From an uncultured Phycisphaerales bacterium (GTDB taxonomy: Bacteria; Planctomycetota; Phycisphaerae; Phycisphaerales; UBA1924): a stretch of DNA of 64,000 nt. The stretch lies in NCBI GenBank assembly GCA_937974035.1, contig CALJIV010000049.1:10638-74637 (forward strand), in the 5' to 3' direction. Positions within the stretch are counted from its first letter, which is position 1, and each line of letters opens with the position of its first letter. The notes under the pieces were generated by a model. That model saw only the letters and a program-made list of their open reading frames with translations. It ran no database searches and was not told the DNA's origin. Positions 9,501-17,094 of this stretch are shown here, in pieces. Made by a program: the position numbers and the translations under genes.

Positions 9501-11060
9501 CTGGCGAGCAAGACCATCGCGGGCTGGCCGCAGACGCCCGCCGCGGTGGCGAATCGCGTGCAGACCGTCGGCACGGGCCGGATCAACGAGGGCACGTTCA
9601 AGAAGGTGATGCGTCCGCGCGTCCCGCTGAGCGAGATGGAGTCGGGCGGGGAGTTCTCGCGCGAGTACCACCCGGACGCGGCCCGCGAGGTGCTGGGCGA
9701 CTGGGCCAAGCTGCGCGAGCTGATCGAGCCGACCTCCAGCGGGGCGCAGCGCGCGGTGATCGGGCGTGAGGAGCTTCGGGCCGATCGCGCCTACCGCATC
9801 AGCGCCGACGCCACCGCCGAGTTCGTCCGCGACTACATCCGCTACTGGCGCGCCCAGGCCCTGGAGGCCAGCCGCCCGAACAAGGCCACGTGGGCCGAGT
9901 TTGGCGAGAAGCTCAAGTCCGCGCCTCACTTCGAGATCAAGAGCGAGCTTCAGGCCCTGTACGACACCGTCAAGCAGGCCCTGAGCGCCGTGCCGCCCTC
10001 CGCGGCGTGGGACGACGTGCTCAACTCCGCCAACGGCGAGTTCGAGGCCGCCTTCACCGGCCTGTCGAAGCCCGCGTTCATGGACGAGACCAAGGTCAGC
10101 CTGAGCGCGTGGAACAAGCTGGTGGATATGGGCCCGGCCAAGGCCCGCGACACGCTGCTGGATTCGATGCGGCGCGAGAAGATCCGCGACGAGTACTTCA
10201 GCGTCTACCGCGCCGACTCGCTGGGTCTGAAGTACTGGAATGACCTGCTCGTCAACGGCCTGACCTGCCTGGTCCGCGAGACCCAGGGCGAACTGGAGGC
10301 GGCGCGCGACGGGCTGGTGAAGGACGCCAAGGGCGTGCCTCTGGCCTTCGGCCCCTCGGACCTGCGCGACCTCAGCCCCGCCGCGGTCGCAAAGATCAAG
10401 GGCTGGGCGGACAAGCTCGAGGCTCTGGCCGGCAACAACCGCAGCGCCGCCGCGGCGGAGTCGCTCGCGCCGGAAATCAAGACCCTCATGCTGCGGCTGG
10501 CGGGAGCGGACATCTTCCCCGACCCGCTCAGCCGTCAGTGGTTCTCGAGGCTGCGCGCCGTGGTCAACGTCGTCGGCCAGGACAAGCCGCTGGGCGTGAT
10601 GATCAACTACCCGGTGGAATACGACCGGCCCCGCAAGCCGGGTCTGGTGGACGACGTCCGCGACAACTTCCGCTACGCGGCCCTGCGCGTGGGCGGGCTG
10701 GCCCGCGGCCCGGTCTTCAGCCTCATCAACCCGATCGAGGAGGCCAAGCTCAAGGAGCTGCGCATCGAGCTGCCTCTGCCCGACGGGCAGACCAGCGAGG
10801 TGTACCTGTACAAGCAGGACCCCGGCCTGGGCGGCATGAACCAGCCCGACGCGAAGATCGTGCTGCCCGGCAACTGGAGCTTCCTGCGCCAGATGCTGAT
10901 CGAGTCGGGCGAGGCTCAGCGTGATGAGAAGACCGGTCAGTGGAAGGTGCTTCTGACCACCACCGACGGATCGATGTACCTGTGGTTGACGCTGACGTTC
11001 GACCAGGAGCTCCCGCTGCCCAGCGAGTGGCCCCGCGTCGAGCAATGGCCCGTGCCGTGA
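6561..11060 (+). CDS. tssM: T6SS membrane-complex protein TssM (IcmF family), unusually long at 1499 aa
   Basis: Two N-terminal TM helices, Walker A GPSGSGKT, and a third TM near residue 445-465 (LILGISTATVVVVTGVAVLGWF). A very large C-terminal region follows. Gene sits between tssL and tagF. Confidence 0.92.
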   Translation: MLWSGFTNLPRPIQALALLASGVCVVSVAMSFFDTSNPFWRWLAIGFVAVFVLVALYLLVMKLRDKAKSGPFASLIAKAGVGRAAVDPAQKARMDDLRKKFEEGVNAFKSAGKDLYSLPWFLLVGPSGSGKTEAMRHCNVGFPPGLQDCLQGTGGTMNMHWWFTNHAVVLDTAGRMFMEEAADGQATEWKEFLKLLKDCRPNAPINGLLLVISAESLLKDTADKIEKTASAIARQLDVVQRTLDVRFPVFVIVTKCDKIVGFRDFFETLNDPALQHQILGWSNPAPLDEPFKPEQVDQHLASVRARLMKRRMGLLQNPIHTSDPSARRTDQVDELFELPDNLMRIAPRLRRYLEMIFVAGEWSPKPLFLRGIYFTSSMREGQALDVSLAEALGIDVESIPGGKEWDKDKAYFLRDVFMNKVFKEKGLVTRAANVSKALAKQRRLILGISTATVVVVTGVAVLGWFQFKSSLGPPSRFWSQVRLAYAGDPDGERDPLDIEVIKSEDGKTWTYVGGREWGPREALDDDRLATPTELVLESAAQTRRQIKPPLIAAPIVGWSSTWSEEQVRAHRAVAERAVIVPLVQAARSKLMVEKKWGPDAVGALAQLLRLQTYALGAKPADNDPGTKPVKGIDADVLFRYVLGAEYNTRTGFGADREKLVKAVADAYPEDWDPKRNKPAEVLGGADRDSIMTMNLAVDELVKHLTALGASEGSKMAHLTDLLDGLSTFRDEETKLLSLEWFRSGPEAKLPQTLAEYTLFEAAFLNSADKIADSRAKIDAVAKALGPAMNDVPSLLKTAGDELQKEMAQYFAMLRAQLPEVPESERDSSKIHRELVDLRAKLDEQSKTVDAAVRAKLEQMAGLVKELAPMVAPGHADRTDARAYVARAEAYRIAAEDVKNATAPLTPPVDPAVPVSDVPPSLASQVELVDKNVAQLSAAIAAWGAWVPDSGQQPVLASARDASVSLARRALEVARSRRLGELASKTIAGWPQTPAAVANRVQTVGTGRINEGTFKKVMRPRVPLSEMESGGEFSREYHPDAAREVLGDWAKLRELIEPTSSGAQRAVIGREELRADRAYRISADATAEFVRDYIRYWRAQALEASRPNKATWAEFGEKLKSAPHFEIKSELQALYDTVKQALSAVPPSAAWDDVLNSANGEFEAAFTGLSKPAFMDETKVSLSAWNKLVDMGPAKARDTLLDSMRREKIRDEYFSVYRADSLGLKYWNDLLVNGLTCLVRETQGELEAARDGLVKDAKGVPLAFGPSDLRDLSPAAVAKIKGWADKLEALAGNNRSAAAAESLAPEIKTLMLRLAGADIFPDPLSRQWFSRLRAVVNVVGQDKPLGVMINYPVEYDRPRKPGLVDDVRDNFRYAALRVGGLARGPVFSLINPIEEAKLKELRIELPLPDGQTSEVYLYKQDPGLGGMNQPDAKIVLPGNWSFLRQMLIESGEAQRDEKTGQWKVLLTTTDGSMYLWLTLTFDQELPLPSEWPRVEQWPVP

Positions 11061-11085
11061 TGCAGGCAACCAGGAGGGCCCTCGG

Positions 11086-14000
11086 GTGAGCCAGGCAAGG
11101 ACCAAGGACGGGATCGGCAAAGGCGTGCGGGTGCATGTCGCCGCGTTCGGCAAGCATCCCGGCTGGGACGACCACATCGAGGAGATCGGCCTCGATACCT
11201 CGATGCTGGTCAACGCCAAGCGGCTTCTGTACACCGAGTGCATCGGCGGGTGCATCGACTCGGGCGAGTGGGAAAAGCTCGACGAGGACCGCCGCATCCC
11301 CTTCCGGCACCAGTTCTACTGGCGCACCCCCGAAGGGCTGCTGATCGGCCGCATGTGGGCCAGCCGCGACGGCAAGGGCCGCACCAAGTATCCGATGGTC
11401 GTCTGCGCCGTGATCCACGGCGTGCCGGACTCGTGGGCCGTGGAGCAGGTGCTGCCGCGGCTCGCCGTCGTGGAGGAAAAGTGCGGGCAGACCAGCTCCG
11501 CGGAGCTGGTGCGGCTGGCCATCGGCGAGTGCCGCTCCAGCCTCGAAGCCGCCGCCGCGGCGTACGACGGCTCGCCGGGCGAGTCTCCCGCGCAGCGTCT
11601 CTCGCGCCTCGTGCAGAGCCCCGAGCTTTCGGCCAACAACGGCGAGGGCCTCAAGCGCGTGCTCTACGAGATGTCGCGCGAGTTCGTGGACTTCCGTCCC
11701 AGCGGCAACGCCGCCCTCCGCTCGCGCAACGCCGTGCTCCCGGCCCAGCAGATCCGCGTGCCCAAGGGCCTGACCGCGCCGGGCGAGGCCGCCCTCGCTT
11801 GGATGACGCTGCTGGATCAGGAAATCTCTCGCTCCATCCCGCTGCTGCTCGTGGAACCCGTGGACGGGCGGTACATCGACCTCATCGTCGGTGACATCAA
11901 GCCCAAGCAGTTCTACTGCGTCCGCGCGGGCGAGAAGGCGCTGGGCCTCACCAGCGACGTGCCTTACACGATGGACGCCGCGGCTGTTCAGGAAGCGCAG
12001 GACAAGATCGACGCGTGGTCCCAGGGGCGCACCGTCGCGGGCGCGGAGCCCATCACCAGCGGCGCGGCACCGCTCCGCTCGAAGAAGGCGCTGCGGTTCG
12101 CGCTGCTCGCAGGCGCGGGTTTGGCGGTGATCGCGGTTGTGTTCCTCTTGACGCGCGCCGGCACGCCCGACCCGGCCAACGCCGAGCCGCCCGAGCCCCC
12201 GCGTCCGCAGGTGCGCCGCGCTCCGGCTCCGCAGCCGGAAGAGCCCATCGCGAAGGAAACCGAAGAGCCCGCCGAGCCTGCCGCGCAGGACCCCACCGAC
12301 CCGCGCGTGAACTGGACGTATGACCAGGCCGCCGCTCATGCACGGGAAACGCTGGCCCGCCTGAACCGGGAGCTCGCGGCGGAAAACAGCCCTCCGCGCG
12401 CGGGCGAGCGTCAGCATCTGGAAGACATCGAAAAACGCGCCGCGATCATCCGCAACAAGCCCTGGCGGCCCGCGACGCGGGAGGCGCTGGTGCGCGACAT
12501 GGCCGCGGTGGACGCGGAACTCAAGAACGTGCAGATCGCGCTGGATGAAGCGCTCGCGGGCGTCGCGGCGAGGATCGATGCGTTCCTGATTCAGCGAGCC
12601 GCCACGACGCCGGTTCAGAACCGCATCCTGGCCGCGGCGTGGGGGGCGGGGCTGGCCGCGATCGACCGCTCCGCCGGTTGGAAGGAGGCCCGCGCGCGGG
12701 TCAGCGCGCTGGAGACGAACCTCAAGGCCGCGGAGGCCGCCGTCGCGGGCGTGGCGCTCGTCCAGCCTCCCGAAGACTCGATGCTGAACGCGGAGGTGTT
12801 CAAGACGGCTTCCGCGGCTCGGCGCGACGCGGCCCTGCGTGCCGCGGGCGATGCCGCCGCCGCGGGCGATCGCGAGCGAATCGATGCCGTGGCCAAGGAA
12901 CTGCGGGATTGGAACGGGTACGCGGTCTCGCTGCTGGACCAGGGTGTGCAGCTCGCTGCGATGGTGCAGTCGGGCGGCGTGCTCGATCCTCAGGCCAAGC
13001 CCTCGGCGTCGCAGATCATCGCTTCGATGCAGTCCTCGCCCGCTTACAACGACCTGAGCGAAGCGTTCCGGCCGGTGCTCGATCAGGTGGAGGCGGTCCG
13101 CGCGGTGGGAAGCCTCAACGACGCAGAAGCGTTGATCGACGTGATCAAGGGCGCGGCGAACGACGCCTCGGGGCGTCGCACGCCCGCCGCGGTCGCCGCT
13201 TGGCAGCGTCTGTGCGATCTTGGCTGGCCCTCGCTTCCGGCGGAACTCTCGGAGGCCGCCGCGATCCGCAGCGGGGCCCTCGGCCGCGCTCTGGCCGCGG
13301 TTCCGGACAGCGCTCAGCGCGAAAGCCTGGAGAAGCTCACGCAGGCTCCCTCCCGCGAGATGTGGCGACGTTTCACGGCGAAGGGGGGCGTCAACGAGGC
13401 GGGGCTGGAAGCGGCCGTCGCCGCCCGCGACGTGCTCACCACTGGCGACGCGGCGTCGTCTCTGCCTGCGACGATCCGGTACAACCTGCTGCGCAAGGAA
13501 CTGGCCGACGCACTGAAAGCCGCCGATGCGGAGCCGCTGTCCAGGCGGAGAGAGGCGCGTCTCGCGGCGGTGGAGTCTTTCCGTCGGCAGGTCGCGGCTT
13601 TGGGGCCGGAGATCGCGGCGAAGCCGAAGGTCGCATCGTTCATCGCCGCGGTGAACAAGGCGGCCGAGTCGATGGCCGCGCCGGACGTCAGCAACCTCGG
13701 GCCGGGCAGCGTGGGCTGGAAGGCTGGGCCGATGACCGACGACGGCACGGTCACCTACACGCACGACAAGGCCGGACAGCTCACCTTCCGCCGCATCTCC
13801 GGCACGGAGAGCGTGGCGTTCATGAGCACCACGGAGGTTTCCGTGGGGCAGTTCATCGAGGCGATCTCCAGCGCGGGCAAGTGGGACGAGGTGCGCCAGC
13901 TCCTCATCAACTATCCCGCCGGAGGCGACGATCCCCGGCGCGGCCCGCGCACCTGGGAGTGGACCACCAACCCCGACGCTCCGATGGCCGTCGCGGCTCC

Positions 14001-14739
14001 CGGCGAGGGGGACACCAGCAGCGGCTGGCTCCGCGTCAAGACCTCCATGGCGGGCAAGGCGTACTACCCCGAGGGGCTATCGGTGGAGCCACCCTCGGCC
14101 GATCACCCGATCCAGTACATCTCGCCAGCCGCGGCGGTGCTCGCCGCGCGCACGCTCGGGTGCCGCCTCCCGACAACCGCGGAGTGGCAGGCGGCCGCTG
14201 CTGCGACCAACACAACAGCGCAGAACTTGCGCGATGCCACGTGGCGTCGTCAGTTCGAGCGCTGCAAGGAGCTGCTCTCGTCGAGCCCGGACTTCCCCTC
14301 CGGGGGCGTGTTCCGGCCCGCCGATGCTCCTCGCGTTCAGCCGTTGCAGGATGGGTTCCCCGCCGTGGAAACCGACGACCAGACCCTCTGGTTCTCGAAA
14401 GTCGGCGGTGGACCGAACTTCCAGCACCTGATCGGCAACGTAGCGGAGTTTGTTTGGGAGGACAGCGCGGGGATGGAGGCGCTCCCGGCCGTGGCGGGGC
14501 CGATCAAGTCTGCGCTGGGGCGGTGGGAAAAGTTGCGCGTGGTGGGGGGGTCTGCCCTGTCGGCGAAGGACATTCCGACCAACGTCCCGCAGGCGCCGGC
14601 CTTTACTCAGTCGCCGGAGGGTTGGTCGGACGTCGGTTTCAGGCTCGCGTTCACCGCGCCGGCGGGCGCGGGGGAAGGCGGGGCGGCGGATCTCGAAGCG
14701 GCGCTGGCCTCCAGCGGCTACCTCCTGAGCGACGAGTGA
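11086..14739 (+). CDS. tagF: TagF-like N-terminal domain / single TM helix / long helical region / C-terminal FGE-SUMF1-like domain fusion (1217 aa)
   Basis: GTG start with AGGAGG 8 nt upstream. The N-terminus VHVAAFGKHPGWDDHI resembles the TagF (DUF2094) G-x-F/Y-G-K-x-P-x-x-x-D motif, and the gene sits in the tagF position after tssM. TM helix FALLAGAGLAVIAVVFLL is at ~12097..12150. The C-terminus has FGE motifs: STTEVSVGQF, GCRLPTTAEWQAA, HLIGNVAEFVWE, GGSAL, GFRLAFT. Confidence 0.7.
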   Translation: MSQARTKDGIGKGVRVHVAAFGKHPGWDDHIEEIGLDTSMLVNAKRLLYTECIGGCIDSGEWEKLDEDRRIPFRHQFYWRTPEGLLIGRMWASRDGKGRTKYPMVVCAVIHGVPDSWAVEQVLPRLAVVEEKCGQTSSAELVRLAIGECRSSLEAAAAAYDGSPGESPAQRLSRLVQSPELSANNGEGLKRVLYEMSREFVDFRPSGNAALRSRNAVLPAQQIRVPKGLTAPGEAALAWMTLLDQEISRSIPLLLVEPVDGRYIDLIVGDIKPKQFYCVRAGEKALGLTSDVPYTMDAAAVQEAQDKIDAWSQGRTVAGAEPITSGAAPLRSKKALRFALLAGAGLAVIAVVFLLTRAGTPDPANAEPPEPPRPQVRRAPAPQPEEPIAKETEEPAEPAAQDPTDPRVNWTYDQAAAHARETLARLNRELAAENSPPRAGERQHLEDIEKRAAIIRNKPWRPATREALVRDMAAVDAELKNVQIALDEALAGVAARIDAFLIQRAATTPVQNRILAAAWGAGLAAIDRSAGWKEARARVSALETNLKAAEAAVAGVALVQPPEDSMLNAEVFKTASAARRDAALRAAGDAAAAGDRERIDAVAKELRDWNGYAVSLLDQGVQLAAMVQSGGVLDPQAKPSASQIIASMQSSPAYNDLSEAFRPVLDQVEAVRAVGSLNDAEALIDVIKGAANDASGRRTPAAVAAWQRLCDLGWPSLPAELSEAAAIRSGALGRALAAVPDSAQRESLEKLTQAPSREMWRRFTAKGGVNEAGLEAAVAARDVLTTGDAASSLPATIRYNLLRKELADALKAADAEPLSRRREARLAAVESFRRQVAALGPEIAAKPKVASFIAAVNKAAESMAAPDVSNLGPGSVGWKAGPMTDDGTVTYTHDKAGQLTFRRISGTESVAFMSTTEVSVGQFIEAISSAGKWDEVRQLLINYPAGGDDPRRGPRTWEWTTNPDAPMAVAAPGEGDTSSGWLRVKTSMAGKAYYPEGLSVEPPSADHPIQYISPAAAVLAARTLGCRLPTTAEWQAAAAATNTTAQNLRDATWRRQFERCKELLSSSPDFPSGGVFRPADAPRVQPLQDGFPAVETDDQTLWFSKVGGGPNFQHLIGNVAEFVWEDSAGMEALPAVAGPIKSALGRWEKLRVVGGSALSAKDIPTNVPQAPAFTQSPEGWSDVGFRLAFTAPAGAGEGGAADLEAALASSGYLLSDE

Positions 14740-14762
14740 GCAAGTGGAGAATCAGGGCCGAC

Positions 14763-14791
14763 TTGACGACGCGCCGAGGTGCTCGTAGGTT
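14763..14791 (+). promoter_or_regulatory. candidate sigma70-like promoter upstream of tpsB
   Basis: TTGACG (14763..14768), a 17-nt spacer, then TAGGTT (14786..14791), inside the 190-bp gap between tagF and tpsB. This is motif resemblance only, and promoter rules for this lineage are unknown. Confidence 0.2.
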
Positions 14792-14928
14792 TGACCCCTC
14801 ATGCCGGTGACGTCCGCCGGCAGGTAGCAGGCCGCGCCCGGTCTGCCTGGCCGGTTCTCCGTGCGCCAGGGGGGACAAAGATCGGAGGGGGTCTGGCGGT
14901 GAGCCAAGGAAGCAGAAAAGGAACTGAG

Positions 14929-17007
14929 ATGAGGGTCCCAGCATTCCGTCCGCGGGTGTGGCGTGCTCCACGATCCGGCGCCACGTGCCGATGGCTGCGC
15001 GAACGCAGCGTGCTGACCGCGCTCGGCGCGGCGGCCTTGCTCTCTTCCCAGGCTCTGGCGCAGGGGACGCCCGAAGATGCGCGCAAGCCTGCGATCGACA
15101 TCAACGCGGTGCAGCCCGCGCCCGGCCAGCCTCCCGCTGAGCCCGCTCCGGGCGAGTCCCTCGACGCGCCTCCGGGCACGGCGACCGAGCGCGACGGCGG
15201 ACGCTACCCCGTCTCCCGCTTCCTCATTGAGTATCACAGCGAGCACCCCGAGCACCCGTCCATCGACGATCTCATGGAGGCGGTGGTGCGCCTGGGCGTC
15301 ACGCCCGACGGCTACGTCGCGTACCGCGAGGGGATGCCCTCGGCGGAGCTGCGCATCGCGGACGTGGTGGAGGGCACCGGCGGCGTGTTCTATCGCAGCG
15401 CGCTCAACTCTGTGGCCCGCGCCATCGTCGAGCGGCTGAACAGGAAGGGCTTCATCGGCATCTTCGTGCAGCTCCACCCCGACGACATCGACGAGACCAA
15501 CGGGGCGGACCTGCGCGCGGGCAAGCGCCCCGAGCTGCGGCTGGTCGTGTGGACGGGCGTCGTGAAGAACGTCCGCACCATCACCTCCGGCGACCGCCTG
15601 AAGAAGGAGGTGGACGCGGGGCTGGTCGATCGCGTCAACACCGATGACCCGGTGCTGAACCGCATCCGCGATCAATCGCCGCTGCAGGTGGACAACCTGC
15701 TGCGCAAGGACCTGATGGACGACTTCGTCTTCCGCCTCAACCGCCACCCCGGCCGGCGCGTGGACGTGGCGATCTCCCCCGGCGAGAACCCGGAGGAGGT
15801 GGTGGTGGACTACCTCGTCTCCGAGGCCAAGCCCTGGTCCATCTATGCCCAGCTCTCCAACACGGGCACCAAGGCCACGAACCAGTGGCGCGAGCGCTTC
15901 GGCTTCGTGCACAACCAGCTCACCGGGCACGACGACGTGCTTCGCGTGGACTACATCACCGGCGGCTTCCAGGACTCGCACTCGGTGGCCGTGAACTACG
16001 AGTTCCCGCTGCTCTCCGACCGTCTGCGGTTGCGGACCTACGGCGCGTTCGCGACGTTCGAGGCGTCCGAGGTCGGCCTGTCCGACGAGTCCTTCTCGGG
16101 GACGACGTTCTCCGCGGGCGCGGAGCTGTCGGGCACCATCTTCCAGCACCGCGAGCTGTTCATCGACGCCGTCGGCGGCATCCGCTGGGAGAACATCCAC
16201 GTCGAGAACGAGACGTTCGTGACCGAGGCGAGGGAGAACTTCGTGATTCCCTACGTGGGCCTGCGGCTCGACCGCGCCACCGAGGCCGCGACGACCTACG
16301 CCACCGTCACGATGGAGTTCCAGGTGCCCGAGCTCGCGGGCACCGACGAGGACGAGATCGACTTCCTCGGACGTCCCGAGGTGGACGACCACTGGCAGGT
16401 GCTCAAGTTCTCCTTCGAGCAGTCCTTCTACCTCGAGCCGCTGTTCAACCCCGGCGGCTACAGCGGACGCAGCGCCCGCGGCCCGCTCACGCTCGCGCAC
16501 GAGATCGCCTTCTCCGCGCGCGGCCAGTGGGCCTTCGGCGCGCGTCTGATCCCCAATGAAGAGGAAGTCGCCGGCGGCTTCTTCTCCGTCCGCGGCTACC
16601 CCGAGTCGGTGGTGGCGGGCGACAACACCGTGATCGCCTCGCTCGAGTACCGCTTCCACCTTCCCCGGGTCTTCCCCGTGAGCGACCCGGGCACGCTGTT
16701 CGGAAGGGAAGTGGGTTTCCTTGGGAAAGACTTCCGATACGCCCCGCAGCAGCCCTTCGGGCGTGCCGACTGGGACCTGGTCTTCAAGGCGTTCATCGAC
16801 GCGGCGCGGACGGAGAACAACGACCCGCAACCCGGCGAGAACGACCACACCCTTGTTGGCGCGGGACTCGGAATCGAGTATCAGTTCAAGCGCAACGTCA
16901 GTGCTCGGCTGGAGTACGGGTTCCCGTTCGAAGTCGTTCGGGATGAATCGGAGAACGTGGACGTCGGCGACGGCCGCTGGCACTTCTCCCTGACGCTTCT
17001 GTACTGA
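14929..17007 (+). CDS. tpsB: two-partner secretion outer-membrane transporter (TpsB; ShlB/FhaC/HecB family)
   Basis: 692 aa from the ATG at 14929, with AAGGAA motifs upstream. Signal peptide ends ...SSQALAQG. Length and beta-barrel-like C-terminus ending in an aromatic residue (SLTLLY) fit the family. It lies immediately upstream of a TPS-domain giant protein. Confidence 0.8.
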   Translation: MRVPAFRPRVWRAPRSGATCRWLRERSVLTALGAAALLSSQALAQGTPEDARKPAIDINAVQPAPGQPPAEPAPGESLDAPPGTATERDGGRYPVSRFLIEYHSEHPEHPSIDDLMEAVVRLGVTPDGYVAYREGMPSAELRIADVVEGTGGVFYRSALNSVARAIVERLNRKGFIGIFVQLHPDDIDETNGADLRAGKRPELRLVVWTGVVKNVRTITSGDRLKKEVDAGLVDRVNTDDPVLNRIRDQSPLQVDNLLRKDLMDDFVFRLNRHPGRRVDVAISPGENPEEVVVDYLVSEAKPWSIYAQLSNTGTKATNQWRERFGFVHNQLTGHDDVLRVDYITGGFQDSHSVAVNYEFPLLSDRLRLRTYGAFATFEASEVGLSDESFSGTTFSAGAELSGTIFQHRELFIDAVGGIRWENIHVENETFVTEARENFVIPYVGLRLDRATEAATTYATVTMEFQVPELAGTDEDEIDFLGRPEVDDHWQVLKFSFEQSFYLEPLFNPGGYSGRSARGPLTLAHEIAFSARGQWAFGARLIPNEEEVAGGFFSVRGYPESVVAGDNTVIASLEYRFHLPRVFPVSDPGTLFGREVGFLGKDFRYAPQQPFGRADWDLVFKAFIDAARTENNDPQPGENDHTLVGAGLGIEYQFKRNVSARLEYGFPFEVVRDESENVDVGDGRWHFSLTLLY

Positions 17008-17094
17008 GCGGCGATAGAGGTACGAACAGGCATCAATCGTCCCGCGCGGGCCAGGAAGGGCCCCCGGGGCTGAACGAGACACGAGGGCAGGGTT

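Noticed and set aside
6570-11297. A 1575-aa minus-strand ORF opposite tssM. Similar ones lie opposite the tagF fusion (10750..13764), clpV (38345..41095), tssC/tssB (30344..32371), tssK (4292..6001), the amidohydrolase (48110..49885) and others.
   Set aside because: The explanation is the same. They share the codon register of recognisable plus-strand genes (6561 and 11295 are both 0 mod 3; 38330 and 41093 are both 2 mod 3). They have Arg/Gly/His-rich junk composition and no family motifs.
1780-14670. Diversity-generating retroelement (DGR) idea: FGE/C-type-lectin-fold C-termini are a common DGR variable-protein scaffold, and there are two copies here
   Set aside because: No reverse transcriptase gene is in the window. 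The two C-terminal coding regions (about 2480..2720 and 14420..14660) are only loosely similar, with differences at all base types. A near-identical TR/VR pair differing at adenines would be expected. A remote TR elsewhere in the genome cannot be excluded from this window.
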